From: an uncultured archaeon | GTDB lineage: Archaea > Asgardarchaeota > Hermodarchaeia > Hermodarchaeales > Hermodarchaeaceae | Direction of reading: 5' to 3' | DNA: 35,479 bases | NCBI GenBank assembly: GCA_964347045.1 | Contig: CAYFXC010000012.1 | Coordinates: 43,431-78,909, forward strand | Part shown: piece after piece, positions 1-8,570 of the stretch | Layout: every line of letters starts with the position of its first letter | Position numbering within the stretch: position 1 is the first letter of the stretch | Position numbers and translations under genes: made by a program | The notes under the pieces: model-generated | The model's database searches: none | What the model was told of the DNA's origin: nothing | Seen by the model: only the letters and a program-made list of their open reading frames with translations

Positions 1-1
1 G

Positions 2-808
2 GTCGTCTCTGTATCAGGGAAAGGTGGTGTCGGTAAAACCACCATCACTACATTACTTTTGCGTACATTAATTCAGCATACAAAACATCAGCTTCTTGTT
101 GTTGATGCAGACCCTGTAATGAATCTACCAGTAATGCTGAACATTGAAATTGACATGTCTGTGGGTGAAGCGGCTTCACAACTTCGGGAAGATATTGATG
201 CAGGTTCCATTCCTGCGTCTTCTTCGAAACAAGATCGTTTAGAAGGTGAGGTTTATGAAGCACTTGTTGAGGGTGAAAAGTTTGATTTTCTCGCTATGGG
301 ACGCACCGAGGGAGAAGGATGTTATTGTTTTGTAAACCGAGTTCTAACTCAAATCCTCGATACTATAACAGCAAACTATGATGTGACAATTCTTGATATG
401 GATGCAGGACTCGAGCACCTAAGCCGTCGGACTGATCGAAACGTCGATCTCCTAATAATTGTAATTGATCCTTCCAAAATGTCCTTCGATGCCGCTGTAC
501 GTATCAAAGAACTTGCGAAAGAAGTTCATATCGATTTTAAACGAATTTGGGTTATTGCGAACCGCTTTCCCCCATCTCTTATCGAAGAAACTTCAGCTAA
601 TCTAGAACACCGTCTTAATGATGTGGGTCTCGAATTGGCAGGAATAGTTCCAGCAGATGATCTAATAGTGGAATATAATCTCAATGGAAGATCTCTCCTA
701 GACCTTGAGGATGATCATCCTGCGGTATTAGCCGTTAATAAAATTGCTAAACGTATTGGACTTCTCAGGGAGAAACAGCTTCTCGAACTTCTAGGGCAAA
801 CCAAATAG
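2..808 (+). CDS. cooC: CooC/AcsF-type nickel-insertion ATPase (CO dehydrogenase/ACS maturation), 5'-truncated by the window edge
   Basis: The frame is open from position 2 (VVSVSGKGGVGKTT, deviant Walker A) and in frame with the 59..808 ORF. It carries the DADP motif, the GEGCYC Ni-binding CxC motif and the DMDAGLEHLSR signature of CooC proteins. Confidence 0.85.
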   Translation, partial: VVSVSGKGGVGKTTITTLLLRTLIQHTKHQLLVVDADPVMNLPVMLNIEIDMSVGEAASQLREDIDAGSIPASSSKQDRLEGEVYEALVEGEKFDFLAMGRTEGEGCYCFVNRVLTQILDTITANYDVTILDMDAGLEHLSRRTDRNVDLLIIVIDPSKMSFDAAVRIKELAKEVHIDFKRIWVIANRFPPSLIEETSANLEHRLNDVGLELAGIVPADDLIVEYNLNGRSLLDLEDDHPAVLAVNKIAKRIGLLREKQLLELLGQTK

Positions 809-936
809 TTCTAGGCGAGTTTTCAAATGTTTTCTAAAAATAAATTCGAATACGAAAGAAAATCACAAGTCTTTTCTAAAAGAACAATAAGAAAAACATG
901 GATATTGAGGATTTTCAGAGTAGGTGATAGAAAATC

Positions 937-1839
937 ATGCCATCAGAGATCTATCTCATCAATGGGGATAATAGAAGTAAAGCAATTCCCCAATTATTTG
1001 AACAATATGACAGGAAACTTTTCAAGAACAAACAGATTGCACTTAAGGCAAACTATAATAGCGCAGACCCCTTTCCTGCTCAAACCCATCCTGAAACCCT
1101 GAAACTCCTTATTAAAGAGATTCAAACAGCAGGTCCAAAAGAAATTGTGATGGGTGAACGAAGTGGGATGGGTGATACTCAGCACGTTCTAGAACAAAGT
1201 GGAATAATTGAGTTGGCAAAAAAACTTAAAATTTCGGTTCAAGTGCTCAATGATTTACCCCTTTCAGGCTGGTTACATTGCGATGTTGAGCGCTCGCATT
1301 GGGATCGAGGATTTCTTTTTGCACGCATGTTCATTGATGCAGACGCTGTTATACAAACCTGTTGTTTGAAAACTCACATGTTTGGTGGGCATTTTACCCT
1401 ATCACTAAAGAATTCTGTAGGGATGATTGCACGTTTTAATCCACAAGATGGCTATGATTACATGAACGAACTTCATGGTTCTCCTCATCAGCGAGAGATG
1501 ATTGCGGAAATTAATACTGCATACGACCCAATTTTCATTCTTATGGATGGTACGACGGCATTCGTTAAAGGTGGACCCGCCATGGGAAACAAAGCTGAAC
1601 CCAACTTATTCATCGCTGGTTCAGATCGAATGGCTATTGATGCAATAGGTATAGCATTACTGCGAAATTATGGTACGACTCCTGAAGTGGAACATGGATC
1701 TATCTTTGAACAAGCCCAGTTAGCACGAGCCGCAGAACTTGGTTTAGGTGCCACAACTCTAAGAGATATTAAGCTAGTTCCACTCGATGATTATTCCGAA
1801 AATCTCGGCGAGAAGATCCTAGCCCAATTTGCCAAGTAA
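937..1839 (+). CDS. DUF362 family protein (putative Fe-S/lactate-racemase-like fold)
   Basis: Motifs LKANYNS..THPE, GERSG, CCLKTH..FTLSLKNxVG and GSDRMAIDA are typical of DUF362. AGGTGA RBS lies upstream of the ATG. Confidence 0.8.
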   Translation: MPSEIYLINGDNRSKAIPQLFEQYDRKLFKNKQIALKANYNSADPFPAQTHPETLKLLIKEIQTAGPKEIVMGERSGMGDTQHVLEQSGIIELAKKLKISVQVLNDLPLSGWLHCDVERSHWDRGFLFARMFIDADAVIQTCCLKTHMFGGHFTLSLKNSVGMIARFNPQDGYDYMNELHGSPHQREMIAEINTAYDPIFILMDGTTAFVKGGPAMGNKAEPNLFIAGSDRMAIDAIGIALLRNYGTTPEVEHGSIFEQAQLARAAELGLGATTLRDIKLVPLDDYSENLGEKILAQFAK

Positions 1840-1852
1840 TTTAATATACAAA

Positions 1853-2506
1853 TTAATCTCCTTTTCGAAATTCACGAAGTTGTTCAATGACTTCCTCTTG
1901 AGGCACATCATACCAATTTTGATAGGCATTTGCAACCGCAAATACAAATCCGGCGCCGATATGAGGACAGAAAAAATCATCTACTTGAGGTTGCACTTTA
2001 GAAACTGCACTAGCTGATGCAGTTGGGACCGCTACAAAAATTTTTTTTGGTTCCTTCTGCCGAACAGATTGAATGGCAGCAAGCATTGTGTACCCTGAGG
2101 CAAGACCATCATCTACCAATACAACCACGCGTTTTTCTGGAGAGTAATGTCCCACTAACCCTTTGTAGGCTGACTTTCGAGTTTCAATTTGGACCTTTGT
2201 GCGTTGAATAACTTGGTGAATCTCAGAATCGGTTAATCCAATTCTATCAACGAGAGGCTGATTGATGAGAACTGTTCCCAATGATGTTAAAGCCCCAAAT
2301 CCCGCTTCAGGATTGTAAGGAATTTGGAGCTTACGAACAATAAGCAAATCTAGATCTGCATTCAATATCTTAGCCATTGGAAGCCCCACAGCCAGCCCGC
2401 CATTTGGAATGGCCAAAATTAAAGGAGGTTCTTCAAAACTTGTCCCTTGAAGTTGTTGGCCTAACAACTTCCCTGCCTCTGTTCGGTCTTGATATTGGGC
2501 AGCCAT
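1853..2506 (-). CDS. Phosphoribosyltransferase family protein (type I PRT, unknown substrate)
   Basis: DRTEAGxxL N-terminus, AIPNGG, VRKL..P.NPE.GFGA and PRPP-binding VLVDDGLASGYT. Start set at ATG 2506 behind an AGGTGA RBS. Confidence 0.85.
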   Translation of the reverse strand: MAAQYQDRTEAGKLLGQQLQGTSFEEPPLILAIPNGGLAVGLPMAKILNADLDLLIVRKLQIPYNPEAGFGALTSLGTVLINQPLVDRIGLTDSEIHQVIQRTKVQIETRKSAYKGLVGHYSPEKRVVVLVDDGLASGYTMLAAIQSVRQKEPKKIFVAVPTASASAVSKVQPQVDDFFCPHIGAGFVFAVANAYQNWYDVPQEEVIEQLREFRKGD

Positions 2507-2625
2507 GGAATTCACCTAAGCCAATCAATCAATTAATTGTCACTATTTCATAAATAAGCTCAATATCATTTTGTATATTTTCTATTATCAGAGCTTTTTT
2601 GAGGGAGGATACAATTTTTGAACCT

Positions 2626-2646
2626 GTACATACTCCCATTATGTAC
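2626..2646. promoter_or_regulatory. Inverted repeat GTACATA-N7-TATGTAC in a divergent promoter region, candidate operator or RNA stem
   Basis: Perfect 7-bp inverted repeat read directly from the sequence, between the divergent PRT and 2707 genes. Confidence 0.35.
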
Positions 2647-2706
2647 GGAGCTTGAAGCTAAGGGATGTATCGCAAATATGTGATTTAGCCCTTGGTTGTG
2701 ATCAAT

Positions 2707-3018
2707 ATGAGCGAAGGATTACGAAAGGTCGTGGGATTAATTCCCCAAGACCAACGAGAAGCTGTTTCCACGGCACTCCTTGATCTGCTGCTTAACACAA
2801 AAGCCGCGAAGAACGTTCCGGCTCGGGAGGCAAAGATGGTACTACACCTAATGATGCGGGACCTAATTGCCACTGAGACGGGTCTGGAAACCCTTTTCAC
2901 TTGTGCACTCCGTGCAGAACCTGTGAAAACCCTTGAAGTCATCGGTGACGTTCTCGGTGGCAAAACGGCTGCAGAAAAAGTTGTCAAGGCTTTATCCACC
3001 TTGACACTGACGCAATAA
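2707..3018 (+). CDS. Small all-alpha-helical hypothetical protein (~103 aa)
   Basis: Clean ORF with amphipathic helical pattern, followed by a hairpin and T-tract. ATG 2707 preferred over TTG 2692. Confidence 0.7.
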   Translation: MSEGLRKVVGLIPQDQREAVSTALLDLLLNTKAAKNVPAREAKMVLHLMMRDLIATETGLETLFTCALRAEPVKTLEVIGDVLGGKTAAEKVVKALSTLTLTQ

Positions 3019-3046
3019 CCTTGAGTCTTGTTGAGTGCCTTCGAGG

Positions 3047-3104
3047 GATTTCCACAAATTGGCGGATCCCTTTAAAGGAGGACCCGCTGGTGGGAATTTT
3101 TTTT
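3047..3104 (+). terminator. Long imperfect hairpin followed by a T8 tract
   Basis: GATTTCCAC..GCGGATCC-CTTTAAAG..GGACCCGC..GTGGGAATT then TTTTTTTT, about 30 nt after the 3018 stop. Confidence 0.55.
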
Positions 3105-3148
3105 ACTTTTCAGAAAATAGCTATTTATACATTCATGATTATGATGTT

Positions 3149-4009
3149 ATGGGAATTCATTTGATCAGACTAGGCACAGCAGGATGGAAATACGAAGATT
3201 GGGTGGGGAGCTTTTATCCATCCAAGAAACACCAATTTACCTATTTTAGTAAAATCTTCAACACAGCAGAAATCAACTCCACGTTCTATACTTTTCCAAG
3301 CCGAAAAGTGGTCGATATTTGGTCTCGAGCTCCAGAAGATTTCGTTTTCACAGCCAAAGTGCCCCAAGAAATAACCCATAAATTACAACTAGATATCTCT
3401 CAGAATGCCGATCAACGGATGCAAGAATATCTTCAACTTATGACTCCGTTGCGTGATTCAAAGCGAATGGGACCCTTGCTCATTCAGCTGCCTCCTTCAT
3501 TTGAATACGAGAAGGTCGATGTGTTGGATGCATTTTTAAAGACTCTTCCTAGTGATTGGGAATTTGCTGTCGAATTTCGTCATCTCTCATGGATGCAAGA
3601 AGATACTTTTGCACTTTTACGGCGAAATATAGTTGCCTATTGCATTGTTGATGAGCCACTGCTACCTCCGCGAGTCGAAATTACAGCACCTTTTGCATAT
3701 ATCCGATGGCATGGACATGGAAAGAAATTGTGGTATTATTATCTGTATAGCCAAGAAGAGCTTGAAGCTTGGGTCCCAAAAATTCAAGACATCATTAAAA
3801 AGACACCAAAAAACGTTTATGGCTTCTTTAACAACCATTGGCATGGATTTGCGGCTCGAAATTGTGTTGAAATGATGGAACTTTTGGGTATACCTCATCG
3901 TATGCCTAAACATGTTCGTGATCGAGTGAACAGGGTAACGGACGAGCGAATTAAAAGAAAACCGACTCAGCAGGTATCCTTAACCGAATTCTCAAATGGC
4001 TCTCCCTAA
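3149..4009 (+). CDS. DUF72 (YecE-like) TIM-barrel protein
   Basis: IRLGTAGWKYEDWVGSFYP, EINSTFY, FTAKVP, LIQLPPSF, AVEFRH, YIRWHG and FFNNH motifs. The 3035 start runs through the terminator hairpin, so ATG 3149 (or TTG 3161) is more plausible. Confidence 0.9.
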   Translation: MGIHLIRLGTAGWKYEDWVGSFYPSKKHQFTYFSKIFNTAEINSTFYTFPSRKVVDIWSRAPEDFVFTAKVPQEITHKLQLDISQNADQRMQEYLQLMTPLRDSKRMGPLLIQLPPSFEYEKVDVLDAFLKTLPSDWEFAVEFRHLSWMQEDTFALLRRNIVAYCIVDEPLLPPRVEITAPFAYIRWHGHGKKLWYYYLYSQEELEAWVPKIQDIIKKTPKNVYGFFNNHWHGFAARNCVEMMELLGIPHRMPKHVRDRVNRVTDERIKRKPTQQVSLTEFSNGSP

Positions 4010-4431
4010 TACTGGACCCTTGTTTCGGTCGCCGATTCAATTGTAGGTTTGGGTTTAATTCTAGCATAGCGATATGCAGGAATACCAAAAACTCCACCTG
4101 CGAAGAGCATGCTAGATGCCAGAATGAAATAATCGTATCCGAATGAATGAGGGCCAAAGATGCTCTGAAAGCGTACAAACGCCATGATAATAATGAAGAT
4201 TACTGCAGCCTGCGTAATATACAAGAGACTTATAGACGGTCTTCTCCGTATTTCATAGTAGTAACTGAAACCTAAAGTCACACCATAAATAAGACCAAGT
4301 CCAACGCACCAAAGGAGATTGAGAACATAGCCGAAATAGAAAGTTAAGAAGAAGAGTATCAACATAAGAATAGTGAGAACGAGGATCGTAGGCGTCCACA
4401 ATCTTTGTTTCACTGAATTAGCTTCACTCAA
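4006..4431 (-). CDS. Hypothetical membrane protein (~4 TM helices)
   Basis: Four hydrophobic segments separated by basic loops (RRRP). 4-nt convergent overlap with DUF72. Confidence 0.7.
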   Translation of the reverse strand: MSEANSVKQRLWTPTILVLTILMLILFFLTFYFGYVLNLLWCVGLGLIYGVTLGFSYYYEIRRRPSISLLYITQAAVIFIIIMAFVRFQSIFGPHSFGYDYFILASSMLFAGGVFGIPAYRYARIKPKPTIESATETRVQY

Positions 4432-4463
4432 TTCACGGAACCACCGAAGCTTCTATTTCATTT

Positions 4464-5201
4464 TTATGATACTTCAGCTGCTTCTATTAGTGGGAGGGTT
4501 AATATACCATATGCTGTTACCCACAACCCGATAAGCATCAAAATGCGACCCAAGGTAATAACCTGACAAACGGGAATAACTCGCGTTTCCAGGATTCCAC
4601 CGAAGAGAATGAGAAATAAACCTAATAATGTCAAGAATGGTACAAACTTTTCTTCTTGACTCTTAGATTGTTGATAGTAATAATCAACTGCAAGACCAAC
4701 GAAAAAGGTCAGAGAAAGCCCAACAACAAGGATGACAAGGAAATCAGGACGCAAGTCAGAGATAAGTGCAGTACAAACCCATTCGTTCAAGGAAGGATTA
4801 GCAATAAGAAGGACATCCAATGTAACAATAATCCATGGAACGAATAAGAGAATTGTTATCCATTTTCGCGTTTCAAACCACTTTGCGTAACTCAAAAGTA
4901 AAGACCAAACTCCGATGAAGGTTACTCCAATCATAAAAAGAATCCAGAAACCTTGCCAATATGGAAAGATTACAGATAAACCAGGATGTGTTGGGAAGAA
5001 TGCGACTCGATAAATCCAAACTCCATGAGCTGCTGAGAAGAACAGAAGCGAGAATCCGAATGCCAGCGTCAAATATCGTTCAATTCCACTTCGTTTCGTG
5101 CTTCTAAACAAAAACAAAAGAGCGATAATTAAAGTTGAAATCAGGAAAATGGCACCAATGCCAAAGGAGAATACGTTTTCAAAGATATACTGAATCATCA
5201 A
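4464..5201 (-). CDS. Seven-transmembrane protein of unknown function
   Basis: Seven hydrophobic segments. Positive-inside loops RSTKRS, KWFETRK and KSQEEK imply N-out/C-in topology. GAGGA RBS. Confidence 0.75.
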   Translation of the reverse strand: MMIQYIFENVFSFGIGAIFLISTLIIALLFLFRSTKRSGIERYLTLAFGFSLLFFSAAHGVWIYRVAFFPTHPGLSVIFPYWQGFWILFMIGVTFIGVWSLLLSYAKWFETRKWITILLFVPWIIVTLDVLLIANPSLNEWVCTALISDLRPDFLVILVVGLSLTFFVGLAVDYYYQQSKSQEEKFVPFLTLLGLFLILFGGILETRVIPVCQVITLGRILMLIGLWVTAYGILTLPLIEAAEVS

Positions 5202-5407
5202 TATTCCTCAAATCGAAAAGTTTCATCTTCAATCCTATAAAACATTGACTAATCCAGCTTATATTGAACCAAATACAACACCAAACCCTGAAAAACTTAC
5301 AATCACCACATAGTATTTCTTTCTTTAGTATGTCATCTATGAATTAGAATAACATCTGGGCAAGGATCATAATACATACAGATTCTCAAATCTCATTTTA
5401 GATTGTA

Positions 5408-6160
5408 TCAACGAAGGATGAAGTTGGCTAGCCGATATCCGAACCAAACAAGGATAAGTCCAATCAGGATAATTACCCGTACGACTATGACTTCGAAGGT
5501 AACAGGACTAATGAAGAGGAGAGCAAAATCAGCGATGACTCCCACAAAGATGAGTAAAAGACCAAACCACAATGTCATATCCTTGATGAAGACCTTTCGC
5601 CCCAACCCGCGTCGAGTGCGCATGTACAACCAATACGCAATTAGTGGAACAAGAGCCATGTAGCAAATAGCATAAAAAACGGCCAGGATTGTGAATCCTA
5701 GTCCATAATAGGTTGTAAGATTTGGGGCAATCCATGTGACAAATCCATGAATTACCACATTAGCGTGAGTCTGAGCAGCACCCCAAAGAAGAACAGCAAA
5801 TCCGACCAATCCAATTATTGGGATTAAGGCGCCATATTTTGATCGACCAGAAAAGTATTCCTTGTTATATATGCGGAGTACCCAGAAGACCTCAAAAAAG
5901 GCTCCAATTCCAAGATAGATTCCCCATTGTACAGCCCAACCTTGAAGCATAATATTCGAAGCATTAGGAATCATAAGAAGGGGACGTACACCAACGGTAA
6001 GGTATGCCAAAGCGAAAAACCATAGCATTAAAAGTGCGTACATCATTACTGTTCGATCTTGTTCTATTTTGCGCAAATATTCAATGAAGAGTAGCAAACC
6101 AAAGAGAAATGCGATGATGAATATTGCTAAACTGACACCCGCGTCTATAGCGATTGACAG
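5408..6160 (-). CDS. Seven-transmembrane protein, paralog of 4464..5201; probable CTG start
   Basis: The frame stays open upstream of TTG 6097 and encodes SIAIDAGVSLAIFIIAFLFG (TM1). GGAGGT RBS at 6172-6167 lies 6 nt before the in-frame CTG at 6160. TM2, TM6 and TM7 align by eye with the downstream paralog. Confidence 0.7.
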   Translation of the reverse strand: MSIAIDAGVSLAIFIIAFLFGLLLFIEYLRKIEQDRTVMMYALLMLWFFALAYLTVGVRPLLMIPNASNIMLQGWAVQWGIYLGIGAFFEVFWVLRIYNKEYFSGRSKYGALIPIIGLVGFAVLLWGAAQTHANVVIHGFVTWIAPNLTTYYGLGFTILAVFYAICYMALVPLIAYWLYMRTRRGLGRKVFIKDMTLWFGLLLIFVGVIADFALLFISPVTFEVIVVRVIILIGLILVWFGYRLANFILR

Positions 6161-6307
6161 AGTAATACCTCCGGAAGCATGACTCCACGCTAAGATTTAT
6201 AAAAATGTAGCTTTTGTGACTAATTTTTCAGAACGAAGAATGTAACCTCCCCTTTTTTATCGAGAAACTTGCAATGTTAAGCAATTCCATTCTGTGGAGG
6301 ATATTTC

Positions 6308-7309
6308 ATGGCATCACAGCTTCGATTTGCAGTAGAATTTGTTCCACAAGAAGCCTATTGGCAAACAACGGCACTAGGCATTCTAGCAGAGAAGTACGGA
6401 TTTGATTTTTGCTGGATCACTGACCATTTCAATAATCGTTCTGTTTATGTTATCCTGAGTCTGCTTGCCAATTATACAGATTCAATAATGATTGGACCTG
6501 GTGTTACCAATCCATATCTCATTAACCCTGTACAAACCGCATCAACTTTGATGTCCCTAGACAATCTTTCAGGAGGTCGGGCAATCTTAGGCATTGGAGC
6601 TGGAGACAAAATTACCCTTAATCTATTAGGTATAGAACGCCATAAACCACTAGCAGCAATAAGAGAAAGCACACACATTTCTCGAACTATCTTTGACACA
6701 GGAGAAATCAAGGATTTTGATGGTAAAGTTTTTAGTGTCGAGAAGGCAAGCGTCGCCTTCGAAAAGACGGGTGAAATTCCAATCTATATTGGCGCCCAAG
6801 GACCGAAGATGCTACAACTTGCAGGATCTGTGGGTCAAGGAGTCTTAGTGAACGCATCACACCCAATTGATTTTAAGTTCGCAATGACGCAAATCAAAAA
6901 GGGTATATCCGAAGCAAAAAGAAAATTATCTGATGTTGATGTCTCCGCCTATGCTAGTGTATCAGTTGCTCGCAAAATGGATAAAGCCACGAAGGCTGCT
7001 ATTCCTGTTGTCGCATTCATTGTGGCAGGTTCTCCACCCGTTATCTTAGAGCGCCATGGCATCTCTCCTGACAGTGTCGAACCAATAGCTCAGAGTCTTG
7101 GAAAAGGTGATTTCTCCACGGCTTTTGGTGCAGTCACCGATGAAATGCTTGATGCGTTTTGCATTCGTGGGACACCAGAGGAGTGTACAGAAAAGATAAA
7201 GGCTTTACAAAAAGTAGGAATCACACAATTTGTTTTTGGGTCCCCAATAGGACCTAAGAAACGAATTTCCATGGAACTAGCTAGCAAAGAAATACTACCA
7301 CATTTTTAG
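6308..7309 (+). CDS. mer: F420-dependent 5,10-methylenetetrahydromethanopterin reductase
   Basis: WITDHFNNR, GPGVTNPY, GRAILGIGAGD, IYIGAQGPKML, LVNASHP and FGSPIGP are Mer signatures. GGAGG RBS. Confidence 0.9.
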   Translation: MASQLRFAVEFVPQEAYWQTTALGILAEKYGFDFCWITDHFNNRSVYVILSLLANYTDSIMIGPGVTNPYLINPVQTASTLMSLDNLSGGRAILGIGAGDKITLNLLGIERHKPLAAIRESTHISRTIFDTGEIKDFDGKVFSVEKASVAFEKTGEIPIYIGAQGPKMLQLAGSVGQGVLVNASHPIDFKFAMTQIKKGISEAKRKLSDVDVSAYASVSVARKMDKATKAAIPVVAFIVAGSPPVILERHGISPDSVEPIAQSLGKGDFSTAFGAVTDEMLDAFCIRGTPEECTEKIKALQKVGITQFVFGSPIGPKKRISMELASKEILPHF

Positions 7310-7788
7310 TGAACCAAAGTTAGCCATAAAGCCAATTATCAGATATGGAGTGGTTCAAAATAGTTTACTTAGAGATCTTGTTCTAGGTAGGCTTGCCATG
7401 AAATGGTTGGAGCAGCTGATTCATCGGTGGAAAGAGCTAATGAAATTACTTTCTTTCGGGTTATTCGACCGTCAACAAGGGTTTCCATGAAGACTGTTAG
7501 AAAATGAACATCTCACTTATTCTTGTCCTTTCGTGTTTCTATAATTTTCACTAACCGAAGCCATGGTCAGGCAAACCAGGGATAGTGCTGGTTTATGAGC
7601 TAATCAGGGGCAAACTCATAAAAAATCCCTCAGAAATATATTCAATACTACATAACATATTTGGCTTGGAGAAATACGGAAAATACAACAAAGCTTTGCT
7701 CGAATAATAATTAACATAATAAAGCGCATATACTCTTTTAAATGAAATTATCCAAAAAAACTAAACCAGCTGATAAAACCGAAGACAC

Positions 7789-8388
7789 CTATTGCATGAA
7801 GGTTTTTGCAATAGCTAATAAACGATAAGTAGTTAAAGAGGCCAGATGAGCATGTGCCTCAGCATTAAGGTAGGATGCAGCGGAACCATCAAAAAACACC
7901 TTGGCACGAGCGGGAAATTCATCATCTCCTTGCCAGATCGTGTATGTATATGGTACAAGCGGGAAGGCTCGGATCGTGTAGGCAATATCTCCAACCGCCG
8001 CTGGAGTTCCTTTAAGTTGCTTGGCTACAGTTTCAAACACCTCTAGGCTACTACCAAGATACTTCTCAATGGGTTTAACAGCACGACCTTCAAAAACGGA
8101 TACGTAGACGCGTCCTCCAGGTATCTGTTTGTAGCTAATGAGCTCTTTGGTTAGAGGAACTTCTTCAGCTTTGGCATATTGGCAGAGAAGATAGAAAATG
8201 TATTCAAATTTCGGGTCAAACGGTTTGTTTAATGTCAAATCAGTAATACTTCCGTCAATAAGGTTTACTTTTAAGTCTAAGAAACTGAGAGTATTGGCTT
8301 GGGGAAAACCCAAACGACCCGGGAGTGAAAGCAGAGTATCTTTACAATTTTCCCATGTCCAAAGGTCAAAACCTTCCATTTTTTCCAT
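7789..8388 (-). CDS. DUF3786 domain protein
   Basis: ISYKQIPGG.VY...F..RA..P, GD.AY.I.AFP.VP....IWQGDDEFPA.A.V.FD match the DUF3786 pattern. ATG 8388 preferred over TTG 8406. Confidence 0.8.
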   Translation of the reverse strand: MEKMEGFDLWTWENCKDTLLSLPGRLGFPQANTLSFLDLKVNLIDGSITDLTLNKPFDPKFEYIFYLLCQYAKAEEVPLTKELISYKQIPGGRVYVSVFEGRAVKPIEKYLGSSLEVFETVAKQLKGTPAAVGDIAYTIRAFPLVPYTYTIWQGDDEFPARAKVFFDGSAASYLNAEAHAHLASLTTYRLLAIAKTFMQ

Positions 8389-8570
8389 ATTACATTTCAC
8401 ATCCAAGCTGATTCCGATGTAAGTACCGTTATCGAGTAATGGCTTTATGTTTACCCCTGCGTTTGTGGGCTTTCCGCAACGAAATCTGCGCGTTGGTGGC
8501 GTTTCCCGATACTTTTAAGGCGTGATTTGGTGCGTAGGTAGTCTATCTGAGGTTCGAGATGTAAGCTGAG

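Noticed and set aside
830-881. Direct repeat TTTTCTAAAA twice, 42 nt apart
   Set aside because: Low-complexity A/T-rich intergenic sequence with only two copies; chance is a sufficient explanation.
827-1102. 91-aa ORF overlapping DUF362, plus the many other short alternate-frame or antisense ORFs in the track
   Set aside because: They overlap well-supported genes, have no motifs and no RBS; treated as shadow ORFs.
3047-3104. SECIS element / selenoprotein readthrough
   Set aside because: No AUGA..GA or GAA/A core in the stem, and no neighbouring gene with an in-frame TGA at a Cys-equivalent position.
4464-6160. Microbial rhodopsins (schizo- or heliorhodopsin)
   Set aside because: No retinal-binding Lys motif (DxxxK/SxxxK) in TM7 and no RYxDW-like TM3 motif; Arg occupies the mid-TM7 region.
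7565-7625. c-di-GMP-I (GEMM) riboswitch suggested by GGCAAACC
   Set aside because: Lacks the GNRA tetraloop and the GACGCAAAGC segment, and lies between convergent genes rather than in a leader.
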